From the NCBI RefSeq assembly GCF_000145295.1, contig NC_014408.1, forward strand, positions 900,001 through 932,000: 32,000 nucleotides of DNA, in the 5' to 3' direction. This document shows positions 8,390 to 17,497 of the stretch, in pieces. The notes under the pieces were generated by a model. The model did no database searches. It was not told the DNA's origin and saw only the letters and a list, made by a program, of their open reading frames with translations. How positions within the stretch are numbered: the stretch's first letter is position 1; each line of letters opens with the position of its first letter. The translations under genes were made by a program, and so were the position numbers. Origin of the DNA: Methanothermobacter marburgensis str. Marburg. Its GTDB lineage: Archaea; Methanobacteriota; Methanobacteria; Methanobacteriales; Methanothermobacteraceae.

Positions 8390-9605
8390 CGGGTCTGCAG
8401 AGGTCAGGTAGGTGTATTTTGATCTTCTCGCAGCTCATGGGGGTGTACCATTTACTCTCACCCTCATGTTCGGGTTCAGGTTCATCATGGACACCGAAAC
8501 CAAGCTTCGCGGTTATGTTCAGCTTCTCCTGGGGGTCATCCTCAAATAGGGGTGGTTCACACCTCTCTGCTGCCTCATATATTATGGGGAGTATCTCCTC
8601 CCGGATCACCCTGAGGTCGGGGTCAAGGTCTGAAACCTTGAGGGGTGTCCGGTCCCTGAAGACCGATGGGTATAGCCTTGCATAGGATATGAATGAGGTG
8701 AGGAGGAGGACTATGGCATCGTTTCTGTTACCTGACTTCACACCATCCAGGGTTCCCCTTATGCATGGGGGGAATGCATCCGGGACGAGTTTACCTGGAC
8801 CTGCAGATTTAACCGGCCCGCCCCTGAATGATGTGACCTCATTAACAGTCTCCCTTATCCTTTCTGCTGTTTCAAGGATGATGGGGTGGGGTTCCACTGT
8901 GGAGCTCATCTCAGAGACCCTGGCAATGTAGTCCTCTGTCCTCTGCATTATTATGCGGGATATCATTGTCTCCTTGAGTTCCAGACCCACAAGTGCGGCG
9001 TAGAGACTCCTGGGGTCCCTGTCGGTTATCAGATCCTGGAATGTCATCAGGAATTCGTCCTCATCAATCACCACCCTCCCCCTGTGGAGTATGAGGTCTG
9101 TGAGCCTCAGCTTACCTGATCCGATGAGTTCTGAAAGTTCCATCCAGCTGGTTCCTTCGGATCCAAGTTCAATGAGGACTTCCTCGATTATCTCATCCCT
9201 TTCACTTCCAAGGACCCTGAAGCGGTCCTCCACAAGGGCCCCTGTAGATTCAACGACCAGTCTTACCTCCCGTGACCCCCTTCTGAAACCCGCCCCTGCC
9301 GCCTGTGCAAGGACATAGAATGCAATTACATCGTACTCCTTTATCCCTGGGTTCATGAGGTATGCATAGTCCCCATGATCAAAACCCCTCCTCTGCCTCT
9401 GAAGGTACCATTCCACTCTCTTGATGGCAAGGTCACCTATGCTCCCGGGGAGGAGTGAATTGTCATCAAGGTTCTGGCCCCTTGTACGTTTAACCGTATC
9501 CAGGAGTACGCTGCTGGCCTCGAATATAGTGTCAGGGGATCCATAGTTTCTTACAATTTCCCTGGCATCCTCTGAGAATGGGTTTATGAAAAGTGAAGAC
9601 ACCAT
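8292..9605 (-). CDS. priL: DNA primase large subunit PriL
   Basis: The C-terminal Fe-S cysteines are present (PPCIRG...SCEKI...LCRPDDLC). The gene is adjacent to priS. I preferred ATG 9605 (MVSSLFINPF) over GTG 9656, but both remain possible. Confidence 0.8.
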   Translation of the reverse strand: MVSSLFINPFSEDAREIVRNYGSPDTIFEASSVLLDTVKRTRGQNLDDNSLLPGSIGDLAIKRVEWYLQRQRRGFDHGDYAYLMNPGIKEYDVIAFYVLAQAAGAGFRRGSREVRLVVESTGALVEDRFRVLGSERDEIIEEVLIELGSEGTSWMELSELIGSGKLRLTDLILHRGRVVIDEDEFLMTFQDLITDRDPRSLYAALVGLELKETMISRIIMQRTEDYIARVSEMSSTVEPHPIILETAERIRETVNEVTSFRGGPVKSAGPGKLVPDAFPPCIRGTLDGVKSGNRNDAIVLLLTSFISYARLYPSVFRDRTPLKVSDLDPDLRVIREEILPIIYEAAERCEPPLFEDDPQEKLNITAKLGFGVHDEPEPEHEGESKWYTPMSCEKIKIHLPDLCRPDDLCRRITNPLTYYNRKRWELHRGKSEQEGED

Positions 9606-9722
9606 GTTTAAACTGTTTACCGATGTGACCCATAAAGATATGGGTCCATGCTTCACAGTTACCCATGATATATCAGTTCAGCAAGGATTCAGCCCAGAAG
9701 CCATGAAAGGGCCCATATAAAC

Positions 9723-9730
9723 CTTGATGT
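9723..9730 (-). promoter_or_regulatory. TATA box candidate for priL-priS
   Basis: The minus strand reads TTTATATG. It lies about 65-120 nt upstream of the candidate priL starts. Confidence 0.4.
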
Positions 9731-9793
9731 TCTGAAGGGGCCCCTGAACTGGTTCCATGAAAATGGAGATGGTTTTAAATTCCCTCACATAAA

Positions 9794-9801
9794 TTTATAT
9801 A
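9794..9801 (+). promoter_or_regulatory. TATA box candidate for metG
   Basis: This is an exact TTTATATA. It lies about 85 nt upstream of TTG 9886. Confidence 0.5.
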
Positions 9802-9885
9802 GAGGTAAACCGTAAATCTAAACTGTATCTTAATGATATTACTCATCTTATTCTAATCCGTTTCATGATTCAAGGAGGAGTTGAG

Positions 9886-11844
9886 TTGAGCAAAGTATTT
9901 ATCACCTGCGCACTTCCCTATGCCAATGGGCCAACGCATCTCGGTCATCTGAGGTCAACCTACATACCCGCGGATATATATGCAAGGTACAGGAGGCTGA
10001 GGGGTGACGATGTCCTGTTTGTGTGTGCCACAGATGAACACGGGACACCCATAGCCGTCAAGGCAGAGAGTGAGGGTCTGAAACCCATTGAAGTTGCCAC
10101 GCGGTACAATGAGATGATAAAACGTGACCTTGAGGAGTGCGACATATCCTTTGACAGTTTCACAAGGACCACCGATGATCTGCACTACGAGATAGCCCAG
10201 AACTTCTTCCTGAAACTCTATGAGAAGGGTTACATATACGAGAAGGACATAAAACAGCTCTACTGCAACAGCTGTCAGCGCTTCCTCCCGGATAGATATG
10301 TTGAGGGGATCTGTCCCCACTGCGGAGGTGAGGGTGCCCGTGGAGACCACTGCGAGAGCTGTGGAAGGCACCTTGAACCCCTCCAGCTTGAGGATCCCGT
10401 GTGCATGGTGTGCGGCTCAGAGCCCGTGGTTAGGGATTCAAGGCACTACTTCTTCCGCCTCAGCCAGTTCCAGGATAAACTCATGGAATGGATTGGGGAA
10501 TCAGATATGCCCTCAAATGTTAAGAACTACGCCCTCCAGTGGCTCAGGGAGGGGCTCAGGGACTGGATACTCACAAGGGACATGGACTGGGGGGTCCCCG
10601 TACCCCTTGAGGGAAATGATGGTAAGATAATCTATGTCTGGGGTGAGGCCTTCCTTGGATACATATCATCAGCTGCAGCCTGGAGCAGAAAAACCGGAAA
10701 GCCCTGGAGGGAATACTGGGATGCAGGGGCGGTTCACTTCATAGGAAAGGACATAATATACCACCACGCCATATTCTGGCCAGCCCTCCTCATGGCCTAC
10801 GGGTGCAGAATCCCTGAGAACATAATAGCCGGGGAGTACCTCTCACTTGAGGGGAGGAAGATGTCCACCAGTAAGAACTGGGTTGTCTGGACATCAGATT
10901 TCCTTGAAAGATTCCATAAGGACCTTCTGCGGTACTACCTCACAGTCAACGCCCCCCTGACCAGGGACACCGATTTCTCATGGGACGACTTCCAGAGGAG
11001 GGTCAACGATGAACTGGCAGATGTCCTTGGAAACTTCCTCCACCGGACATTCTCATTCACAGGAAGGTTCTTTGATGGCAGGGTGCCTGAACCATCAGAA
11101 CTCACAGCAGAGGACGAGGAGTTCCTCAACTCCATAAGAAGAGCCCCAGATACTGTGGGTGAGCTCCTGGAGAATTTCCAGTTCAGGGACGCCATGATGT
11201 CAGTGATTAAACTTGCAAAGAAGGGTAACAAGTACTTCAACGATCAGGAACCATGGAGGGCCATTAAGGAGTCACCTGAGAGGGCCTCAACATGCCTCCA
11301 TCTATGCAACCTCCTTGCGGCCAACCTCGGAAAACTCTTAATGCCCTTCATGCCGTCCTCAGCAGGGAGAGTGCTCTCCATCATGAACATGGAGGATGAA
11401 CCGTGGGGCTTCCATGAACTTGAAGCGGGAAGGGTCATAGAGAGGGCCAGGCCCCTCTTCTCAAAGATACCCGATGAGGTAATTGAGAAGGAGAAATCAA
11501 AACTCATCAAGGAGGAGGATAGTGTGTCTGAAACCGTGACAATCGATGACTTTGCAGCCCTGGACATCAGGGTGGGTGTTATAAGATCAGCTGAGAGAAT
11601 AGAGGGGTCAGATAAACTCCTCAAACTCATGATAGACGTGGGTGAAAGGGAAATGCAGGTGGTTGCAGGCCTTGCAGAGAAGTACAGCCCCGAGGATCTC
11701 CTTGAAAGGAAGGTTACGGTCCTTGCCAACCTCAAACCCGCCAAACTCTTTGGTGTTAAATCCGAGGGTATGGTCCTTGCAACCGGGGAATCACTGAACA
11801 TACTGGACCCCGGTGATGCAGGTATCGGTGAACGGATAATGTAG
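9886..11844 (+). CDS. metG: Methionyl-tRNA synthetase with C-terminal tRNA-binding (Trbp111/EMAP-like) domain
   Basis: Signatures present are [13 protein letters not shown] (HIGH), the knuckle cysteines CPHCG...CESCG, KMSTS, and the C-terminal DIRVGVI...GSDKLLKL. I chose TTG 9886, which sits 7 nt after GGAGG (9874-9878). ATG 9865 lies upstream of that SD. Confidence 0.95.
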   Translation: MSKVFITCALPYANGPTHLGHLRSTYIPADIYARYRRLRGDDVLFVCATDEHGTPIAVKAESEGLKPIEVATRYNEMIKRDLEECDISFDSFTRTTDDLHYEIAQNFFLKLYEKGYIYEKDIKQLYCNSCQRFLPDRYVEGICPHCGGEGARGDHCESCGRHLEPLQLEDPVCMVCGSEPVVRDSRHYFFRLSQFQDKLMEWIGESDMPSNVKNYALQWLREGLRDWILTRDMDWGVPVPLEGNDGKIIYVWGEAFLGYISSAAAWSRKTGKPWREYWDAGAVHFIGKDIIYHHAIFWPALLMAYGCRIPENIIAGEYLSLEGRKMSTSKNWVVWTSDFLERFHKDLLRYYLTVNAPLTRDTDFSWDDFQRRVNDELADVLGNFLHRTFSFTGRFFDGRVPEPSELTAEDEEFLNSIRRAPDTVGELLENFQFRDAMMSVIKLAKKGNKYFNDQEPWRAIKESPERASTCLHLCNLLAANLGKLLMPFMPSSAGRVLSIMNMEDEPWGFHELEAGRVIERARPLFSKIPDEVIEKEKSKLIKEEDSVSETVTIDDFAALDIRVGVIRSAERIEGSDKLLKLMIDVGEREMQVVAGLAEKYSPEDLLERKVTVLANLKPAKLFGVKSEGMVLATGESLNILDPGDAGIGERIM

Positions 11845-11896
11845 ACGTGTATACACTTCTGATAATTCGGTATGCTGTGCCTGGCTGGAGAATAGT

Positions 11897-13474
11897 ATGA
11901 ACGAATCAGGTCTAATTGCAAGGTCAGAAAGGTTTCTGGAGAGCATAAGGGATAGGAGGATCTCTGAGGATGATCTCAGATCACCGGAGGCACTCCTTAA
12001 CCTTTACATATACCTCCGGGGAAACCTTGAGGAGCTTCAGGATCTGAAGGAGGCCATGGAGCTGAGGGGCTTCAAGTACCCTTTCAGGTCAATATCCGGG
12101 TACAGCACCCACCAGTCCCCTGAAATCGCTGAGGACATTCATGACATAAAGAGGCACGCCCAGTACTTCCGCATGAAGGCATCTGTAAAGAAGAACCTCC
12201 TTGACAGGGTTAACTCTGCAATCTCATCCCACAGGATAGCCCTTGGTAACATTGAGGAGCACGTTTTCCTCAAATGCCAGGAATGTTCAAGGACCCTGCG
12301 GCTGGGAGAGGTTGAGCTCCATGACCCATCAGGAGATGTTGAATGCCCCTGTGGATCAGATAACCTCAAGGTCAGGTTCAATGACCGGGCACTATGCAGG
12401 CCAGAGATAATACCGCACCTCCCCCTCTCAGGGGATTACATGGTGAAGATGTCCGAACTGAGCCTCTGGGCCAGGAAGGCCCTCAAGAAGATAATGAGGC
12501 TCCTTAAAAATGAAAAGAAGGGGGCTGTAAGATCGGCCACCCTGGTTATAAGGGTCCTTGAGGATGGTAGGTGGATCAGAAGGCGCATAACCCTTGACAG
12601 TGAGGATAATGACTACGAGAGGATGCTGAGGCAGAGGTATGGCCCAAATGTGAGGGTGGAGCTGATACAGTTCCACAGGAAAAAATCCAGCATAGTGAAT
12701 GACAGGTACACCAGGACCGCCCTTGCACTTGCATATGCCGGCCTATCCCAGAAGATAATAGATGAGATACGGGATGCGGTCTACAGGGAGAACCTCAGGG
12801 ATTACGATGCCGTGGAGAGGTACCGGGAGATAGTCTTTGATGCCAGAACATATTCACCGGATCTCAGGATTTCCGAGGATGAACTCAGTGAGGTACGATT
12901 GCAGAGGATGCACAGGCTAATCCATGAAGCAGGTCTTGGTGATGAGAACGGTAACCTGAACCCCCTGCTAAAGGAGGACCTTGAGACAATGGAGGAACTC
13001 AAGAGGGAGATCTTCAGGGATGTTCCCGTGAACCTCATTCTCTGGGACGTTGCCTTCTACTACCTTGGAACATCCCTGGACCGTCGCTCCAAGTACTCGG
13101 GTCCATTTCCCAACCTCAGACCCGTACTTGACAGGACACAGGTGAGGACCTTCGATGAGTTCAGCGAGGACGCCCTGGAACTCCTCAGAGGGTACTGGAA
13201 CTGTGGAATGGTCTACATTGAGAACCTGGGGGATGTTCTCATGAGAAAATTTGAAATTGAGGAGAAAATGAAGGGCCTGCACATGAAACCTGACCCCCTT
13301 GCATTTGGTGCCGCTGTGCTGCACATGGAGGCAGGTATTGATGCTGAAACATGTGCTGAACTCTTCCATGTAAATGTGGAGGACGTGGTCGAGGAGGAGA
13401 GGAGCATTGAAAACCTGGGTAAGCCATCTACTGACAGGGCTAAAATGTTTCTCAACCTTATAAAAGGTGATTGA
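11897..13474 (+). CDS. Large conserved hypothetical protein with Zn-ribbon (DUF530-like by recollection)
   Basis: 525 aa. A CQEC-x23-CPC cysteine cluster suggests a zinc ribbon. There is no catalytic motif I recognise. TGGAG lies upstream of ATG 11897. Confidence 0.6.
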   Translation: MNESGLIARSERFLESIRDRRISEDDLRSPEALLNLYIYLRGNLEELQDLKEAMELRGFKYPFRSISGYSTHQSPEIAEDIHDIKRHAQYFRMKASVKKNLLDRVNSAISSHRIALGNIEEHVFLKCQECSRTLRLGEVELHDPSGDVECPCGSDNLKVRFNDRALCRPEIIPHLPLSGDYMVKMSELSLWARKALKKIMRLLKNEKKGAVRSATLVIRVLEDGRWIRRRITLDSEDNDYERMLRQRYGPNVRVELIQFHRKKSSIVNDRYTRTALALAYAGLSQKIIDEIRDAVYRENLRDYDAVERYREIVFDARTYSPDLRISEDELSEVRLQRMHRLIHEAGLGDENGNLNPLLKEDLETMEELKREIFRDVPVNLILWDVAFYYLGTSLDRRSKYSGPFPNLRPVLDRTQVRTFDEFSEDALELLRGYWNCGMVYIENLGDVLMRKFEIEEKMKGLHMKPDPLAFGAAVLHMEAGIDAETCAELFHVNVEDVVEEERSIENLGKPSTDRAKMFLNLIKGD

Positions 13475-13482
13475 GTGGTTTT

Positions 13483-13947
13483 ATGGCAGAGAAAGTCCAT
13501 TTAAATCAGCCTCTTACTTCAAGGAGGATAATTGAGATCCTTGAGAAGAACCCTGACCTCAAGAAGATCACATGCCCCATAAGCCTCTATCACCGTACAT
13601 CAAAGAGGTATCTAGAGGCCCTTGAGGAACTTGGAGTGGAGGTTGAACCCGTTAAGAGAATCGGGAGACCCCGGAAGTACACAGAAAAGGACGTTAAGAT
13701 GGTGCAGAACCTTTTAAGGGAGGGTAAAACCCCAAAACAGATTTCGGGTATCACAGACATACCCCTGAAGACTGTCTACTACCTCAAGGGCGATATGAAA
13801 CTGAAGAGGGGTAAGAAAAGGAAGTATGACAAGAACACGCGCCTCAGGGTTCGTGAAATGGCCAGAAAAGGCGTTCCAGCCAGAAAGATTTCTGAAGAGC
13901 TTGGGATACCCCTCAGAACAGTATACTATATACTCAAGAATGGCTGA
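13483..13947 (+). CDS. Tandem helix-turn-helix (resolvase/HTH_7-like x2) DNA-binding protein
   Basis: There is an internal duplication: GRPRKYTEKDVKMVQNLLREGKTPKQISGITDIPLKTVYYLKG versus GKKRKYDKNTRLRVREMARKGVPARKISEELGIPLRTVYYILKNG. The start is ATG 13483, or TTG 13471 overlapping the upstream stop. Confidence 0.6.
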   Translation: MAEKVHLNQPLTSRRIIEILEKNPDLKKITCPISLYHRTSKRYLEALEELGVEVEPVKRIGRPRKYTEKDVKMVQNLLREGKTPKQISGITDIPLKTVYYLKGDMKLKRGKKRKYDKNTRLRVREMARKGVPARKISEELGIPLRTVYYILKNG

Positions 13948-13958
13948 TTATCTGAAAA

Positions 13959-13966
13959 TTTATAAA
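13959..13966 (+). promoter_or_regulatory. TATA box candidate for the GT4 gene
   Basis: TTTATAAA lies 45 nt upstream of ATG 14011. GGTGA (14002-14006) is available as the SD. Confidence 0.5.
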
Positions 13967-14010
13967 CGAATTTATGCAGTTAAGTAGTATAAGATAAATC
14001 CGGTGATTTT

Positions 14011-14982
14011 ATGGTTCTGAATTTTACACCTGAATATTCATCTGTACTTATCGTATCAATAATCTGCTGTATCATCTCATTTACATCAACATATACCGTT
14101 ATGCCAAGGCTCATAAGTAAGCTCAAGGATGCCAACGTCGTTGGAAACGACATACATAAAATCTCAAAGCCCATCGTGGCAGAGATGGGTGGTATCGGGA
14201 TACTCTTTGGGTTCACGATTGGAATGTTTCTGGGGATGTACTTCTTTCCGCGCCTCCACTACGAACTCATGGTGACGCTCCTTGTGATACTACTTGTGGG
14301 TATAGTGGGGATGGTTGATGACCTTGTGAGGCTCTCCTCACGTGAAAAACTCTTCCTTCTATTCCTTGCAGGTCTCCCCATAATATGGGTGGCCCCCCCC
14401 AACGTCGGAATACTCTACATGATCATGATGCCAGTTGCAGTTTCAATAGCATCAAACCTCACAAACATGCTTGCTGGCCTGAATGGTATCGAATCTGGCC
14501 TTGGATCAATTGCAATGACGGCCCTTACCGCCTCATGTATCATAATGGGCAAATACAATGTCTCCATAATAACCATGGCAATGCTGGGGGCACTCCTGGC
14601 GTTCCTCATCTACAACAGGTACCCATCAAGGGTATTCCCTGGGGATGTGGGAACCCTAATAATAGGGGCCTGCATAGCCTCTGTTGCATTCATAGGTAGG
14701 ATCAAGATAATAGCACTCATCGTCCTCCTCCCCAACATCATAGATGGCCTCCTGAAGTTCTACAGTGCAGGTGTCGTTGAGAGGCACAGGCACAGGCCCA
14801 CAGAAATCTCAGAGGACGGTAAACTCATAGCTCCACCTGAAGGATTCAACTCCCTCATAAGGTGGATACTTAGAAGACCAATGACCGAGAAGAGGGTTGT
14901 GATGATAGTGTGGTCGATTGGGGTATTCTTCGGGGCCCTTGGGGTTCTGCTTGCATTCATACTCCCTCTGGACCCCTTCTAA
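14011..14982 (+). CDS. Glycosyltransferase family 4 (MraY/WecA/AglH-like polyprenyl-phosphate GlcNAc-1-P transferase)
   Basis: It is a polytopic membrane protein. It has the MVDDL motif and NLTNMLAGLNGIESG, the archaeal variant of NxxNxxDGxDGL. Confidence 0.8.
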   Translation: MVLNFTPEYSSVLIVSIICCIISFTSTYTVMPRLISKLKDANVVGNDIHKISKPIVAEMGGIGILFGFTIGMFLGMYFFPRLHYELMVTLLVILLVGIVGMVDDLVRLSSREKLFLLFLAGLPIIWVAPPNVGILYMIMMPVAVSIASNLTNMLAGLNGIESGLGSIAMTALTASCIIMGKYNVSIITMAMLGALLAFLIYNRYPSRVFPGDVGTLIIGACIASVAFIGRIKIIALIVLLPNIIDGLLKFYSAGVVERHRHRPTEISEDGKLIAPPEGFNSLIRWILRRPMTEKRVVMIVWSIGVFFGALGVLLAFILPLDPF

Positions 14983-15087
14983 GAATTATAATGAGAAACT
15001 TTAGAAACCCAAGTGTTCAGGTACAAAGTTATCCTTCAGGGGCTTTAGGGCCTAGCACCTCAGAGAAGATTATCTGCTTTTCTGGCC

Positions 15088-15975
15088 TCAGAAACTGTAG
15101 AGTTTGTTGAGGAGCTCAAGGGTCACGGACTCCATCTCCCTCTCATCCAGTTTCTGGAAGATTTCAACAGCCCCCCTGAAAGCTGATGCAACACCCTCAG
15201 GGTTGTTTTCTATGAATTCGAGGACCCCCATGAGGACCATTGCAACGGCAAGTCCCATGTCATTGTTTGTCTTTTTGAAAAGATCCTCGGCCTTCTTAAG
15301 GTACTTCCTTGACTCGCTGAAGTCCTCATTTTTAAGTGAATAAGCCCCCAGAAGCAGAAGCAATGACGCCTCTGTGGCTGTATCGCCAATATCCCTTGCA
15401 ATCTGGTAGGCCTCCCTTATCTGGGATATGGAGTCCTCATAGGACTGTGACTGGTACATTGTAAGTGATTCAACCCTTTCGACGAGTCTGTCCAGGAATG
15501 GCTCAATGGCACCGAGATCCACCTCTGCCATCTCAGCTTCAGCCTCCTCCTGGAGGCGGTTGAGGCTTGCTATATCTATGGCCTCCCTGATCTTTTCGAC
15601 TTCCTTGATCTTTTCCCTCAGATCCTTTCTGAGTGGTGAATTAACAGAGTTATAAATCCGGAGCGCCTCCTTAAAGTACTCCATTGCAGTTTTGATTTTT
15701 CTATCACTGAGGTAGACGTCACCCATGGAGTCAAGGGCAAAAGCCATGAGCTCCTCGTCATTCATGTCAGAGGCCACCTTGTAGGCCCTTTCAAGGTAAT
15801 CAAGTGCCTCACGGGTATCGCCCTCATCAGCATAAAAGGTGGCTATCCTTATGAGGGTGTCAAATTCCTCCTCAAGAAGTTCCTCAAGTTTGCGCAGGTA
15901 CTTCTCCAGTGATTCACCGCCCTCATCCCCCTTGAGAAAATCAAATATGCTCAGAATAATTAATATCATCTTCAC
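15088..15975 (-). CDS. TPR-repeat protein
   Basis: It has repeated 34-residue A/Y/L-patterned helical pairs (e.g. EALDYLERAYKVA, AMEYFKEALRIY, SRKYLKKAEDLF). A short hydrophobic N-terminus reads MILIILSIFDFL. The start is GTG 15975 or ATG 15969. Confidence 0.7.
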   Translation of the reverse strand: MKMILIILSIFDFLKGDEGGESLEKYLRKLEELLEEEFDTLIRIATFYADEGDTREALDYLERAYKVASDMNDEELMAFALDSMGDVYLSDRKIKTAMEYFKEALRIYNSVNSPLRKDLREKIKEVEKIREAIDIASLNRLQEEAEAEMAEVDLGAIEPFLDRLVERVESLTMYQSQSYEDSISQIREAYQIARDIGDTATEASLLLLLGAYSLKNEDFSESRKYLKKAEDLFKKTNNDMGLAVAMVLMGVLEFIENNPEGVASAFRGAVEIFQKLDEREMESVTLELLNKLYSF

Positions 15976-16090
15976 AGCCCCGGATGTTCTAATATAATAC
16001 TATGTGGATATTAATTTAAATAGATATCCGCTAAAGGGAATCTGACAGTTAAGCATCAGCCCATTGGAAATCTACAGCCAGAATCATCCC

Positions 16091-16102
16091 ACAAATAAAA
16101 AG
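16091..16102 (-). terminator. Oligo-T terminator candidate after the KaiC-like operon
   Basis: The minus strand reads CTTTTTATTTGT. It lies 17-28 nt downstream of the stop at 16119-16121. Confidence 0.5.
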
Positions 16103-16118
16103 ATATTAAGGAGTACCA

Positions 16119-16805
16119 TCAGCCCACCAGAAGGCCCTGTTCACCTATCCTGTAGGGCGCCTCCCTGGTCCCTGAGGGGGTGCTGGAAGATATCATTGAG
16201 CCATCCATGCGGATATGCACATCGAAAAGTTCAGGGACCCCCTTCTCTATTTCCGGATCCGCAACCCCCTCTGTGTATGCCACCAGTGCTATTCCATTGG
16301 CCTCCCTCACACGGTTATTGTAGGCCTTGAGCACCCTCAGCACAAGCCTTGGGGGGTTGAATGCCAGGAGAATGGATGCGGAGTCAAAGGCTGAAAGAAA
16401 TATTCCAGATTCCTGGTAGAGGCTTCTTGTGGCTATACCAACCTTGACCATGAGGTCTGTGGTGTTCTGAAGGGCTGAATACCTTATGTTTCCTGAATCC
16501 TGGGGTTTAGCACCCCCAAGTCCGGTTGGAAGATCGATTACATGAAGCTTATCACTGAATGTCTGGATGAACCAGTTAAAGGCCATCGTGTTCCTCTGCA
16601 GGTCCCTGTAGCCGTATTCCGCCGCTATGAAAAGGCATGGGTTTCCGGCCTGGAGTCCTCTGTAGATGAACTCGGTTGCAAGTACGGATTTACCTGCCTT
16701 GGGGGGCCCCGTGACCAGCATGACTGAACCAGGCTCCAGTTCACCCAGGATATCATCAAGTCCAGCTATACCGGTGGTGTAGTTCTCACTCATGATATCC
16801 CTCAT
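16119..16805 (-). CDS. KaiC/RecA-superfamily ATPase (single-domain KaiC-like), paralog 3
   Basis: Features are GIAGLDDIL, Walker A GPPKAGKS and a Walker B-like SAFDSAS. It ends like other KaiC-like proteins (APYRIGEQGL). Its ATG overlaps the upstream stop (ATGA). Confidence 0.8.
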   Translation of the reverse strand: MRDIMSENYTTGIAGLDDILGELEPGSVMLVTGPPKAGKSVLATEFIYRGLQAGNPCLFIAAEYGYRDLQRNTMAFNWFIQTFSDKLHVIDLPTGLGGAKPQDSGNIRYSALQNTTDLMVKVGIATRSLYQESGIFLSAFDSASILLAFNPPRLVLRVLKAYNNRVREANGIALVAYTEGVADPEIEKGVPELFDVHIRMDGSMISSSTPSGTREAPYRIGEQGLLVG

Positions 16806-17497
16806 GGGTTGACCTTAAGGCCCTTATCGTCTATGGTGTAGGGGGCGCTGGCCCTTCCGACCCCTATCATGGCCTCAACTGTAAGTTCAGATCCATCGAG
16901 GTGTATTATGTTATCCACAACTGCCTTGAGCATGGTCTCAACCTTGGGGTCTGCTGATCCCTCGGTGTAGGTGACAATGGCGGTTCCACCGGCGTCCTTG
17001 ATCCTTATTATGTATGCTGTGAGGACTCGGACTATCAGCAGCTCATCATTGAATGCCATTAGCGTTGTGAGGGAGTCCAGGACAGACCTGAACATGCTGT
17101 AGCCTGCAGTTATGTTCCTTATGGCAACCCCCAGCTTCACCATTATATCGGTGGGGTTATGCACAGATGATGAGAGGTAGGTGTTGCCAGCATCAGATGC
17201 CGGCCCTGAGATGCTTGATATCGCGTCTATCACATATAGAAGTTCATTCTCCATGTAGCTCTCAGCATCCATACCAAGAACCTGCATGTTCCTCTTGAGG
17301 TCCGCCAGACCATAGTCTGTGGATATGTAGAGACAGGGTTCACCCCTTTCAGCACCCCCCGCCGTGAAACCATAACTGAATATGGATTTACCAACCTTCG
17401 GGGGCCCATAGACAAGTGTAACAGTATTTTCAGGGATCGCCCCTCCACCAATGAGTTCATCAAGACCCCTTATTCCTGAGGGAATTCTGACAATCAT
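16802..17497 (-). CDS. KaiC/RecA-superfamily ATPase (single-domain KaiC-like), paralog 2
   Basis: Features are GIRGLDELIGGGAIPENTVTLVYGPPKVGKS (Walker A), Walker B-like VLDSLT and a C-terminal APYTIDDKGL. Its ATG abuts the upstream TAA with no spacer. Confidence 0.8.
   Translation of the reverse strand: MIVRIPSGIRGLDELIGGGAIPENTVTLVYGPPKVGKSIFSYGFTAGGAERGEPCLYISTDYGLADLKRNMQVLGMDAESYMENELLYVIDAISSISGPASDAGNTYLSSSVHNPTDIMVKLGVAIRNITAGYSMFRSVLDSLTTLMAFNDELLIVRVLTAYIIRIKDAGGTAIVTYTEGSADPKVETMLKAVVDNIIHLDGSELTVEAMIGVGRASAPYTIDDKGLKVNP

Noticed and set aside
9763-9778. Hairpin TTCCAT-GAAA-ATGGAG (6-bp stem, GAAA tetraloop)
   Set aside because: It lies upstream of both candidate TATA boxes of the divergent priL and metG promoters, so it is probably not transcribed. 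The stem is short and includes a wobble pair.
9865-9885. Upstream ATG as the metG start
   Set aside because: The strong GGAGG SD lies inside this extension, 7 nt before TTG 9886. The [16 protein letters not shown]-terminus from 9886 matches the usual MetRS start.
11244-11921. 225-aa ORF on the minus strand opposite metG
   Set aside because: It lies entirely antisense to a strongly supported metG. Its composition is Ser/Leu/Pro/Arg-rich and low in complexity, as is typical of the antisense frame of a biased coding region. It has no motifs and no SD.
14385-14699. Alternative-frame ORFs inside the GT4 gene (14385..14699 + and 14415..14609 -)
   Set aside because: They are embedded in a membrane-protein gene with clear family motifs. 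They have no SD and an implausible composition.
15976-16118. 88-aa plus-strand ORF 16064..16330 spanning the gap and the KaiC-like 3' end
   Set aside because: It is Pro/His/Cys-rich and mostly antisense to a supported gene. The gap is better explained by a terminator plus the TPR promoter.
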